From the human T2T-CHM13v2.0 reference genome, Homo sapiens: a DNA stretch of 64,000 nt. The position numbers and the translations under genes were made by a program. This document shows positions 24,691 through 36,751 of the stretch, one piece after another; within the stretch, counting starts at the first letter, position 1, and each line of letters starts with the position of its first letter. Under the pieces are notes generated by a model. It did not search any database. It was not told the DNA's origin and worked only from the letters and a program-made list of their open reading frames with translations. The stretch lies in the NCBI RefSeq assembly GCF_009914755.1, contig NC_060926.1; one strand, written 5' to 3'.

Positions 24691-27509
24691 TTCTGTGTAA
24701 TTTTCTTTATGCATTCTTCTGCAGGCACACAGTAAGCTTATTTCTGTATCTTGGCTATTGTGAATAATGCTGAAATAAACATGGTAGTGAAGATAATTCT
24801 TCAAGATACTGATTTCATTTTCTTTGGATATACACACAGAAGTGGGATTGCCAGATCATATGGTAGTTGTATTTTAAATTTGTTGAGGAAGCTTCATGCT
24901 ATTTTCCATGATGGCTGTACCAATCTACATTTTTATAGACAATGTACAAGGGTTCCCATTTTTCTATATCACTGCCAACATTTATCTTTGTCCTTTTGGT
25001 GATAGCCATTTTAACAGATATGAGGTGATATCTCATTGCAGTTTTGATTTGTATTTCCTTTATGATTACTGATGTGAGCATCTTTTTATGTACTTTTGTA
25101 CCATTTGTAAATCTTCTTTTGAGAAATGTTCATTTAGGTTCTTTACACATTTTTAAATGAGATTAATTTTTTTTTGCTATTGAGCCACATAAATCCCTTA
25201 AACATTTTTGTGTATTAACCCCTTATATATGTTTTGCAAATATTTTCTCCCATTTTGTAGATTACCTTCTTACTCTGTTGAATGTTTCTTTCACTATGCA
25301 GAGGGTTTTAATTTTATACAATTTCAGTTGTATATTTTTGCTTTTGTTGTCTGCACTTTTGGTGTAAAGGCCAAAAAACTATTGCCAAGACCAATGTCAA
25401 GAAGGATTTACCCTATGTTTTCTTCTAGCAGTTTCATAGTTTGAGGTCTTATATTTACATTTTTAAGCCACTTTGGGTTAATTTTTGTATATGGCATGAT
25501 GTAAGGGTCCAATTTTATTTTCTTGCATGTGAATATCAAGTTTTCCTGATTCCTTATATTGAAGAGGCCATTCTTTTCCCACTCTGTGCTCATGGCACAT
25601 GAAGATCAGTTGAAGATAACTGTGTGGATTAATTTCTGGGCTCTGTATTCATTTCCATTAGTCTTATTCTTATTCTTATGCCCATACCATATTGTTTTAA
25701 TTAAAATAGTTTTGTAACATACTTTGAATTCAGAAAGTGTGAAGCCTCTATCTTTGTTCTGCTCATAATTGCTTGGTATTTTAGGGTGTTAATAGTGTGA
25801 TACAACTTTTAAGATTGTATTTTTTTATTTCAGTAAAGCATGCATCACTTTAGATAGTAAGAATATTTTACCAATATTAATTCTTCCGGCCCATTAACAA
25901 AGGATGGATTTCCATTTTCTGTGTCTTCTTTAATTTCCTTCATCAATGCTTTATAGTTTTAAGTGTACAAACCTTTCATTAAATTTATTCCTATGAATTT
26001 TATTACTTATGTTGCTAAACTTTGTAAATTCATTGTTTATTTAATTTACTTTCCATATATTTCATTGTTAGTGTATACAAGTGCCACCAATTTTTATTGA
26101 TTTCACATCCTGCAACTTTACTGCATTTGTTTATTTAAAAGACTAATCAAGGGACTATTATAAATAATTATAAGACAACACACTGGAAACCTAGAAGAAA
26201 AGAATACAGTTCTCATCATAAACCTACTAATACTGAATCAAAAAGAAGTAGAAAACCTGGACAGACCAATAACAAATAAAGAGATTAAAACAAGTAATCA
26301 AAACCTCCCCACAAAGCAATACCCAGGATCAGATGGCTTCCCAAGTGAATTCGATTGAACATGCAAAAAATTAATACCAGTTCTTCTTAAACTTTTAAAA
26401 TATATATATATAAAAGGGAACACTTCCAAATTCATTCCTGGAGACCACAATCACCCTGATATCAAAGCCAAATATAGACAATAAAAGAAGAGACAACTAT
26501 AGGTCAGTATTCCTAATGAACATAGATGCAAAAATCTTTAATACTTTTAGCAAACAGAATTATCATCACATTAAACTGATTATTCACCATGACCAACTGG
26601 GATTTATCCCTGACATGAAATGATAATTCAATATATTCTAATCAATCAATGTTATACACTACATTAACAAAATGAAAGATAAACACCACATAATCATCTC
26701 CAGAGATGCCAAAAAAAAAGCATTTGACAACATTCCACACTCTTTCATGATAAAAAGTCTCAAAAAATGGATACAGAAAGAAACTTAACACAATAAATGC
26801 CATATTTAAAAATCTCACAGCTAATATCCACAATAATCAATGGTAAAAAACTTAAAGTTTTTTCTCTAAGAACCAGTACAAAGTAAGGATATCCAGTCTT
26901 GCCACCCACTTCTATTCAACATAGAACTTCTGTAGAAGTCTGGTAGTCCTAGCTAGAGCAAGTAGACAAGAAAAAAGAAAAGCAAAGAATCCAAATTAGA
27001 AAGAAAGAAGTACAATTATCTCTGTGACATGATCACATATGTAGAAAAGGTTAAATCATGAATCATCATGTTTCTGTAACATGATCAGGTATAAAGAAAA
27101 GCTTAAAGATTCAAAAAAAAAATCTGGGAGCTACTTTCAAGTTTGAAGTGGAAGAGTGACCTAGTATGATGTAGATATAAGTAACAGAATTACAGTGGGA
27201 AAAATTAGAGAGAACAGATGTAGAAGTATGGCCATTGTAGAGGTCTAGATGAGTGTTGGCAGGATCTTGGAAGAGAGACTGGAGAAATGCAGTCATGTTG
27301 GGTGAGTCTAGCTTTCTATTTGGAGGCAGAATCAGTAGAACTTGATACTGGATTAATACTAAAGGTGAGATTAATATTATACCTTCATGTTGTGGCTTAT
27401 GAAAGTGGAAGGATCATATTTTATTGAGTCAAAGGAGACTATAAGTCAAACATATGGAAAAAAATCAAGAGTTCCATTTTGAACACAGTTAAGTTTTAGA
27501 TGATTAAAC

Positions 27510-27825
27510 CTATGCTGTCCGATACAGTAGCCATTAACCACATGTAGCTATTGAGCACTCAAAATACGAATGACTAAAATAAAGATAATAGTAAGAGAAA
27601 AATACACACTGGGTTTTGAAAACAGTGTAGAAACAAAATAATGTAAAATATCTTAAATATCTCAATAATTTATATTGAATATAATTATATTGAATTTTAT
27701 ATTGAATTACAAGTCAACAGAACAATATTTTGGATGTATCAGATTAAGTAAAATTTTAAAATTAATCACTAGAAAATTTAAAATTACATCTGTGGTTCAC
27801 CTTATAATTCTGTAGGACAGAAGTG
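27510..27825 (+). mobile_element. MER33 (hAT-Charlie) DNA transposon
   Basis: gctgtccgatacagtagccattaaccacatgtagctattgagcact...ctagaaaatttaaaattacatctgtggttcac...ggacag. Confidence 0.8.
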
Positions 27826-27833
27826 GATTCGAT

Positions 27834-27993
27834 CAGGAGTCAGAAAATTATAGCCCGCTTCTATATTCCATGTGAACCATTTTTAAAGGGTGGTAAAAAA
27901 ATTGAAGAAGAACATGTGAAGAGGCTCAATATGACCCACAAAGCCTAAAATACTTACTATTTGTTCTTTTCAGAAAAAGTCTGTTCGTCCTTG
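27834..27993 (+). mobile_element. MER58-type (hAT-Charlie) element
   Basis: caggagtcagaaaa...atatgacccacaaagcctaaaatacttactatttg...cagaaaaagtctg. Confidence 0.75.
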
Positions 27994-28130
27994 AATTAGA
28001 TATCCAAGTGAAGATATGAAATATCCGTTTACATATACGAGCTCAGAGTGAAAACAAACAAAAAAAGAAATCCCAGGTGAACATTTTAATATGGGAGTTA
28101 TGAGGATGTAGAAGGTATTTTAAAAGTTTT

Positions 28131-28433
<303 letters not shown>

Positions 28434-28447
28434 ATGTTTGACATTAA

Positions 28448-28570
28448 CCAGGTGTGTGGTGGCTCGTGCCTGTAATCCCAGCACTTTGGCAGGCTGAGGC
28501 AGTGGAACTGCTTGAGGCCAGGAGTTTGAGACCACCCTGGCCAACAAAGCAAGACCCATCTCTTAAAAAA
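28448..28570 (+). mobile_element. Alu left monomer (FLAM/AluJ-like)
   Basis: ccaggtgtgtggtggctcgtgcctgtaatccc...gaggccaggagtttgagacc...cccatctcttaaaaaa. Confidence 0.85.
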
Positions 28571-29032
28571 TGATACTAAAATTAAAATTCGGCATGGAAA
28601 AAATCATTTTAAGAGAGAGTTTAGATAAATATTTGGATATTAGCCTCCCCAATAACATTTACTGCCAAATTCAACAACGTAAAATGTTGGGCGGTGTCAC
28701 CTCTCTCCTCAAAATCTAGTGTGTAAGATTATGTTGCTGTCACATGACTGGATGGTTAAAATGCTAGTTGTATTAGTGTTTTTATTTTCTAACTGTTGTA
28801 TTTTTCATGTGCTTATAGAAGCTTACATAGATTTAGTGATGATATCCACTCCTGCTAACATTATATTTATTTAGTTTAGAAAACATTTTTTCACATTATA
28901 AATTGTATGTTAGCATTAGAATAGATAACACTTTTCATGTGAAACTGAAAAACATGGTTATATTTTCCTATTTAAAAATTTTACATTAAAAAAATTAACC
29001 TCCATTACTTTATTTTAAAAAATAATTATGTT

Positions 29033-29346
29033 GGCTGAGCGCAGTGGCTCACGCCTGTAATCCCAGTACTTTGGGGGGCCGAGGTGGATTGATCACAGGA
29101 GGTCAGACACTCGAGACCAGCCTGGCCAACATGGCAAAACACCGTTTCTACTAAAAATACAAAAATTAGCCGGGCGTGGCAGCGTGCGCCTGTAATCCCA
29201 GCGACTCGGAAGGCTGAGGCAGGAGAATCTCTTGAACCCGGGGAGGCAGAGGTTGCAGTGAGCTGAGATAGCGCCATTGCACTCCAGCCTGGGCAAAAGA
29301 GCAAAACTCCATCTCAAAAAAAAAATAATAATAATAATAATAATAA
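29033..29346 (+). mobile_element. AluS (Sq/Sx-like) with (TAA)n tail
   Basis: Complete dimeric Alu; tail followed by (TTA)n. Confidence 0.95.
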
Positions 29347-29789
29347 TTATTATTATTATTATTATTATTATAATGTTGCTAAACAGTATTTTGTTTTGTT
29401 ATTTGAATTAAATATAAGGGTTTCTTCTAATTTTCTTTACTTTCACTAGGAAAAATGAGCCAAGTTTTTTTGTAATTAGAGTCAAATGTGTAGAGCAAAA
29501 TTGTTTATACTTATATAATCATACACTTAAAAGTGCTACTTGAAATATGGAAATATTGTGTGCATATGCATACACATGCTAGTGAGGTGCTCAAAAGAAC
29601 ACATCACCAGTATTGGAGAAGAAAATATTTGTGCCTTTTTCAAGGTAATATCTGTGCATAGGGATTGCCGAAACTTGTATTCTGGTGTCATATTTAAACC
29701 TTAAAAAACATATCTGAATTTTCACAGGAAAGACATAAGGAATGCCATCCAGAATTAAAGGAAGACTACCTTGAGTAAAATTTGGAATG

Positions 29790-29950
29790 AGTTCAGTTGG
29801 GAAACCTTAGCTCTAGTCCTAGTTCAGTTATGTCAAGCTCAGGAGACACTGAGTAAATAAATTAACTTCTTTCATTCTTATTTTGCCTCTTATAAAACAA
29901 AATGTTGATATTAATAATTTTTCAGTGTCTTTCTCACTCCATTCCTATTT
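29790..29950 (+). mobile_element. MIR/MIR3 fragment
   Basis: ctctagtcctagttc...gagtaaataaattaacttct...cctcttataaaa resembles the MIR core. Confidence 0.4.
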
Positions 29951-32900
29951 GGAAATTACATACTTTATTACCAAATAGTTCTGCAAGATAGCAAGCCACA
30001 AGTCCACAACTCTAGCTAACATGTGGTAAGAATATATAACACTTCCATATTAAGCTATTATAATTCTGAAATATATCCTCTGACACTATGTCGGTTAATG
30101 AAATATGTTTTGCACTTGGTATTTATATTTTCTAAAATATACTAAATTTAGTAGTTATATAGAAAACTAAAATATTGGCCTTTCTCTCGAAGTTCATTTT
30201 TTTCCTATTTTATTGCATTGAGCAAAGATGTAGAAAAAAGATTGATTATGTTTCATATGTACACTCTGAAATCAAATTTACTGCTCTTTTTGATTTGCAG
30301 TAGTTTTTTTAACTTTCTAAATTTAATAGCGATGTATAATTCACAGCAAGGTAAAGAACATACATGTAAGTCTTAAACAGAAATCATTTTCTAATTATTT
30401 GAGCTCCATAAAATAATTTCAAGGGGGGACAGAATTTATTTGCATGTGGTGTGGTTATCAAAATATATGTCCATGCTCATAGGAGTGGAAAATTCAAGGA
30501 GCTGTAAGCACACATATGCTAATAGAATCCTGGGAAACAATTCTCAAGAAATAATCACTGTCTTGCAAATATAGAACTATAAGTCAAGACAAATGAACTT
30601 GAGGAAAATTCAATAATTACTTGCAAATCAAAGCACTTTTTCCTAGTGCATTGTGCTTAGGATATTCAATACATTTACCCAAATAGGGGACAAGAAATTC
30701 CATCTTCCTGATTCCACTCGGTTATGAAGCACACTTACACATCGCCCCGCCTCCTAACTGCATTATCTTCCTTTAATCCCTCTTGTACATTTTTGTCAAA
30801 TTAAGCTTCAAGAAATATCATTTTCAAAATTTCACTGCCTTAATTACAAAAGTTTTAATAGACTTCTTTGGTTATACATTTTGGCAGTGAAGGTTTTACA
30901 CAATCTGACATCTACCTTCCTTTCTATGGCAGCACACACAGAAAGAAGCTGTTACCTTAAGTTTCATTTTATTTTCTTTCATTTTTTTCTCCATACTCTT
31001 TTCTTTTAAGGAAAAGTCAAGAAGATAAGGGACAGGAACTAGGGAAGGACAAGCTGCAGATCATGGTGCCAAAATTAACCCAGGAAACAAAATCTAGGAT
31101 TGAAAGGAAAACTAAATTTGGATGGAGTACGTAACCAAGACCTAAATATAAAGAAGCAAATCTCAACTTTGGAAACCAGTCCTAGTAAGAGGGCCTAGGA
31201 GAGACAGGATGAAATGAGGAGTCCAGAGGTGGGCCCTTAGCCATCAGAACAAGCAGGTGCATTTTACAATTTTTCCAGGTAGACTGTATATATGGGCAAA
31301 TTTTTTAAAGTGTGAAGGCTACTTAAGCCTTTAGTAGTAGGGTTAACTGAAAAAAGAAAGTCAAAGAGACAGACACACACAGAGAGAGAACGAGAGAAAT
31401 CAGAGAAAGACAGAGAAATTGAAAAAAAAAAGCAATCAAGAATAGAATATACATAGACTATAGGGATTTGTGGCCCAAAGTATTCCTGAATTCAGAGGTG
31501 GCTGTGATACGGATGCCAGGCTTAGGTATTTAAGCACGTATTTGAAATGCTCGGTTCTTCAGAATTGTAAGAACATTACATCTAGTTGAAAGATAACTTT
31601 TCATCATCTTCTTAGATGTCAAATTCCTTTGAGCAATTTGCAACATTCAAAAAGTATATTGACAGATCAGCAAAAAGGAAAGGGCATTTTCATCACCTTG
31701 AGAAATGGCAATCAAAGGGAATGTGCCAACCAATTAAAGCATGATCAATGCCTCTATTTCCTTTCTTTTCTGTCATAAACTGTGGCTAAAAAAGAATTAA
31801 GTTATTATTTTTTTAAAGCCTACCTTATGTTGATAATGTCACAGCAGGGTGCTCATATAAAAAAGTGATTTGAATAACGAGAGTTTAAATATACTATATG
31901 GTGAATTACATTGATAGTTTTATGAAGGCAGTATTAATCATGTTTAAAATACAAGAATGTCTAATAGTTTGGTTCAATGTAAAGTAAAAAAAAAACTGGC
32001 ATTGGTCAGCTCAAAGTGCTTCATGGTTTTGTGGAAATATACGTATATAAACAAAATTAGAATGAATTACTAGCTTAAGGAACTATGGTCTTTGTTTTCT
32101 TTGTTAAATCCAATTACAATAAAGTACATTTTCTTCCACAATATATCCATTTCCTTATCTTAGTAGAAGACCTACGTTTTTTAGTCATCTTGATGATTTG
32201 GATATGTAAAACTAAGGAGCACATTTTCTCTATCTGCTATACAGCAAGTATTTAAGATTTTGATTTATGGATGCTGGATAGCTAGGAAAGACAGATATAG
32301 GTTTGGCACATGCTCAAGTGTCAATATATGAGGAACTCGGACACATCTGGAAAGTTTACAGTTCTAGGGTCATTGATTATAAACTGCCAAAACCTTACTG
32401 AGAAGACAAGAAGCCAAATGAGACTCTCAAGGGCGAGTATCTTAAAGTTAACAGTCTGTATGCATGCTTGCTTCTTGCATCTGGCCCTAGGGACATCTGC
32501 TATTCTCTTTCTGTTTGTAGAGACAAAACAGAAATCCAGTCCTTCCTGCACCTGATGTGTGCCAATATCCCAGTAGATGGTACCATGCTCTATTCAGAAC
32601 TGAATCTCTGTATGACATAGGACCACCTAATGAGACTGTTCTGATACAGTAGTTAGGTTAGTTCCCTAACATACCAGTTGGCATACTTGGGAGAACAAGT
32701 TAGAGAAGCTTGCAGTTAGGAAGACCTTTACAGGAATTCATGAGAGAGATGATGGGGGCTGGGTCCAGGTGGTGGATGGGGGATGATGTTGCGGGAGGAG
32801 TTTGATTGCTCTTCCCCTGTTTTCAGTTAAGTTTACAGTGAAGCAGAAAGCAAGGGCATCAAAGGAGAATGAAGATAGATAGAGGTATTAGGCTTAAATC

Positions 32901-33328
32901 ACAGGAAAAAAAAAAGGGTGAGAAATAGTTTGTGAGAGAAAAGAAAGAATCAACTGTAAGTGGATCAGGGACTCCTAGTGTGGTTGCCTGAAGGCATTAA
33001 GGGTGAGCTAATGTCTCAAGATCATAAACTGAAATTGGGTTTAATCATTCTATCTGTGAGTTTTCCCTAGTCATTTCAGCAACAGAGGACTAAACTATAA
33101 CTATAAAAACAGTGTTTGTGAGTTGGAATTTTTTTTATAAGGAGCAAGGTAGTTAAATGAAACAGACTTAACTTAAAATTATTTTCTACCTTTCCTTTTT
33201 GTCATATTGCCATAATTTTCCTCTAGCATTAATAATTTATTCCCTTCACCAAATGCATACATTTTATAATATTTGTTTTGTAGTTAGCTAATGTATGTGC
33301 TTTTCAAATTAAATAGTAATTATATTAA

Positions 33329-34741
33329 TGAGAGGTGACAGTGTGCTGGCAGCCCTCGCAGCCCTCGCTTGCTCTTGGCACCTCCTCGGCCTCGGCACCC
33401 ACTCTGGCCGCACTTGAGGAGCCCTTCAGCCCACCGCTGCACTGTGGGATCCACTTCCTAGGATGGCCGAGGCCAGAGCCGGCTCCCTCAGCCTGCGGGG
33501 AGATGTGAAGGGAGAGGCAAGGGTGGGAACCGCGGCGGTCAGCTAGAGTTCTGGGTGGGTGTGGGCTTAGCAGGCCCCATACTCAGAGTGGCCAGCTGGC
33601 CCTGCCAGCCTGAGCAGTGAGGGGCTTAGCACCCAGCCCAGCAGCTGCGGAGGGTGCACCGGGTCCCCCAGCAGTCTTGGCCCACTGGCGCTGCACTCGA
33701 TTTCTCGCCGGGCCTTAGCCGCCTCCCCAAGGGGCAGGGCTCGGGACCTGCAGCCTGCCATGCCTGAGCATCCCCCACCCGCCGTGGGCTTGTGCGCGGC
33801 CCTAGCCTCCCCGATGAGAACCTCCCCCTGCTCCACAGCGCTGGTCCCATGGACCGCCCAAGGGCTGAGGAGTGCAGGCGCAAGGTGCGGGACTGGCAGG
33901 CAGCTCCACCTGCGACCTCCCTGTGGGATCCACTGGGTGAAGCCAGCTGGGCTCCTGAGTCTAGTGGGGACTTGGAGAAACATTTATGTCTAGCTAAGGG
34001 ATTGTAAATGCACCAATCAGCACTCTGTATCTAGCTCAAGGTTTGTAAACACACCAATCAGCACCCTGCGTCTAGCTCAGGGTTTGTGGATGCACCAATC
34101 TACACTCTGTATCTAGCTAATCTGGTGGGGATTTGGAGGACCTTTATGTCTAGCTAAGGGACTGTAAATACACCAATCAGCACTCTATGCCTAGCTCAAG
34201 GTTTGTAAATGCACCAATCAGCACTCTGTGTCTAACTAATCTAGTGGGGACTTGGAGAACTTTTGTATCTAGCTCAGGGATTGTAAATGCACCAGTCAGC
34301 ACCCTGTCAAAACGGACCAATCAGCTCTCTGTAAAACAGACCAATCAGCTCTCTGTAAAATGGACCAATCAGCAGGATGTGGGTGGGGCCAGATAAGGGA
34401 ATGAAAGCAGGCTGCCGAGCCAGCAGTAGCAAACCACTCTGGTCCCCTTCCACAGTGTGGAAGCTTTGTTCTTAGCTCTTTGCAATAAATCTTGCTGCTG
34501 CTCAGTCTTTGCGTCCACACAGCCTTTATGAGCTGTAACACTCCCCGCGAAGGTCTACAGCTTCACTTCTGAGCCAGCAAGACCACGGACCCACCAGAAG
34601 GAAGAAACTCTGAACACATCCAAACATCAGAAGGAAAAAACTCTGGACACGCCGCCTTTAAGAACTGTAACACTCACTGTGAGGGTCCGTGGCTTCATTC
34701 TTGAAGTTAGTGAGACCAAGAACCCACCAATTGTGGACACA
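33329..34741 (+). mobile_element. LTR12 (ERV9/HERV9) solo LTR, LTR12C/D-like
   Basis: Starts tgagaggtgacagtgtgctggcagccctcg and ends aacccaccaattgtggacaca; GC-rich U3 and tandem ~41-bp repeats tctagct...caccaatcagcac. Confidence 0.96.
33990..34410 (+). promoter_or_regulatory. LTR12 enhancer/promoter repeat array with 8 CCAAT (NF-Y) boxes, GC/GT box and GATA site
   Basis: ccaatc occurs 8 times between ~34014 and ~34370; gggtggggccagataag at 34381-34397. Confidence 0.7.
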
Positions 34742-34946
34742 TTTAAGTTATTTGGAAGGGATTTTCATTATAAAATTAGTATATTTTAAAATCAGAAATT
34801 TAGGAAGAATTTTATTTTATAAATAAAGCTATTTCACCAAAGCTAGATAATTTTGCTTCTATTAGTGAATTATTGGTAAAAATTATTCATAAGCATACTT
34901 AAAAAAAGCAGAGAATTGACTATAGCACTGTAAAGACAGAATTGTC

Positions 34947-35231
34947 AGCTGGGCGCGGTGGCTCACGCCTGTAATCCTAGCACTTTGGGAGGCCGAGGAC
35001 GGCAGATCACGAGGTCAGATCGAGACCATTCTGGTTAACAGGGTGAAACCCCATCTCTACAAAGAATACAAAAAATTAGCGGAGTGTGGTGGCAGGCACC
35101 TGTGGTCCCAGCCACTCAGGAGAATGGCGTGAACCCGGGAGGTGGTGCTTGCAGTGAGCCAAGATCACGCCACTGCACTCCAGCCTGGGCGACAGAGCAA
35201 GACTCCATCTCAAAAAAAAAAAAAAAGAAAG
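34947..35231 (+). mobile_element. AluY with small internal deletions
   Basis: gatcacgaggtcag..tcgagacc, aggagaatggcgtgaacccgggagg..cttgcagtgagcc; TSD aaaga(c/a)agaatt(g/a)tc. Confidence 0.93.
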
Positions 35232-35418
35232 AAAGAAAGAATTATCTATATACAGGAAATCTCTAGTAGTTACATTGTTAGAGTGATAATCACATTCGTG
35301 GATTGACTCCAAGTGTTTTGCCTTTTGATGCCCACAAGAATTTTCAGCTCTGGGGAAGAAAGAGGCTGCAGTTCCCTGGGTGCAAAGTTGCAGGATGGAT
35401 GGGCAGGTGTAGATGCTG

Positions 35419-35420
<2 letters not shown>

Positions 35421-35459
<39 letters not shown>
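35421..35459. repeat. (GT)n microsatellite
   Basis: Direct reading. Confidence 0.97.
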
Positions 35460-35460
<1 letters not shown>

Positions 35461-35844
35461 CAATGAATGAAAGCCTCACAAAAGCAAAGCACATGCTTTC
35501 TCTAAAAATAGCATAATAAAGCCTCTAAATGTTGTAACAATCTAATATTTCTGAAAGTAATAAGATGGAAGGTTAAGAATAATACAGTGCATATAAATAA
35601 AGTTTAAACCAGAAAATAATATTTAAATTATTATCATTGCTGTTGCTGTTATTATTGTTGAGAAATCTATAAACACAATTCATTACATCAACATGTAAAG
35701 AAACTAGAAAATATATATAATCTTCTTAAAATGTGAAATAGATATTTGATACAATAAAAAATAGCTACTAGTATTTTTAAGGAAAAGTAACAGAAAAGCA
35801 CTTATTTATAATAATGATATATATTTTTAAAATAGTTAATACCT

Positions 35845-36751
35845 GGGATCACTTTGTCGCAAGATGGCCAAATAGGAAAAGCTCCGGTCTACAGCTCTCA
35901 GTGTGAGCGACACAGAAGACAGGTGATTTCTGCATTTCCATCTGAGGTACTGGGTTCATCTCACTAGGGAGTGCCAGACAGTGGGCGCAGGTCAGTGGGT
36001 GCGCGCACCGTGCGTGAGCCGAAGCAGGGTGAGGCATTGCCTCACTCGGGAAGCGCAAGGGGTCAGGGAGTTCCCTTTCCTAGTCAAAGAAAGGGGTGAC
36101 AGACAGCATCTGGAAAATCGGGTCACTCCCACCCGAATACTGCGATTTTCGACGGGCTTAAAAAACGGCACCACGAGATTATATCCCTCACCTGGCTCGG
36201 AGGGTCCTACGCCCACGGAGTCTTGCTGATTGCTAGCACAGCAGTCTGAGATCAAACTGCAAGGAGGCGCGAGGCTGGGGGATGGGCGCCCACCATTGAC
36301 CAGGCTTGCTTAGGTAAACAAAGCAGCCGGGAAGCTCGAACTGGGTGGAGCCCACCACAGCTCAAGGAGGCCTGCCTGCCTCTGTAGGCTCCACATCTGG
36401 GGGCAGGGCACAGACAAACAAAAAGACAGCAGTAATCTCTGCAGACTTAAATGTCCCTGTCTGACAGCTTTGAAGAGAGCAGTGGTTCTCCCAGTACTCA
36501 GCAGGAGATCTGAGAAGGGGCAGACTGCCTCCTCAAGTGGGTGCCTGACCCCTGACCCCCGAGCAGCCTAACTGGGAGGCACCCCCCAACAGGGGCACAC
36601 TGACACCTCACACGGCAGGGTACTCCAACAGACCTGCAGCTGAGGGTCCTGTCTGTTAGAAGGAAAACTAACAAACAGAAAGGACATCCACACCACAAAC
36701 CCATCTGTACATCACCATCATCAAAGACCAAAAGTAGATAAAACCACAAAG
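35845..36751 (+). promoter_or_regulatory. L1 5'UTR internal sense/antisense promoter; YY1 site caagatggcc at 35860-35869
   Basis: Matches hominoid L1 5'UTR; partly CpG-retaining. Confidence 0.8.

Larger units (their letters stand above)
23671..27120 (-). mobile_element. L1MA-type LINE-1, 5'-inverted: minus-strand 3' part 23671-~26136, plus-strand ORF2 part ~26137-27120
   Basis: 3' end tttattcaggtataattaacaaataaaaattgtatata. ORF2 remnants on minus (IKTAMRYHL; KLDPYIMPYTKIN), then plus-strand ORF2 (ccaggatcagatggcttc; atagatgcaaaaatc). Confidence 0.85.
27125..28125 (-). mobile_element. L2 fragment interrupted by MER33 and MER58
   Basis: tttggaggcagaatcagtagaacttg, aatcaagagttccattttgaacac..ttaagttttagatg and agatatccaagtgaagat are L2 antisense motifs. 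Confidence 0.65.

Noticed and set aside
29026-29317. Alu-derived ORFs (also 22379-22680, 28368-28559, 35076-35494, 49941-50286)
   Set aside because: Standard Alu translations with no evidence of exonisation
31000-31520. Purine-rich segment that might be an ancient LTR
   Set aside because: I could not recognise termini, a TSD or family motifs well enough to call it
33329-33990. GC-rich island with several ORFs suggesting a gene promoter or first exon
   Set aside because: Entirely within LTR12 U3; the ORFs have no recognisable protein signature
33980-34375. Regularly spaced repeats resembling a CRISPR array
   Set aside because: These are LTR12 U3 tandem repeats; the spacers are not unique and there are no cas genes in this eukaryotic DNA
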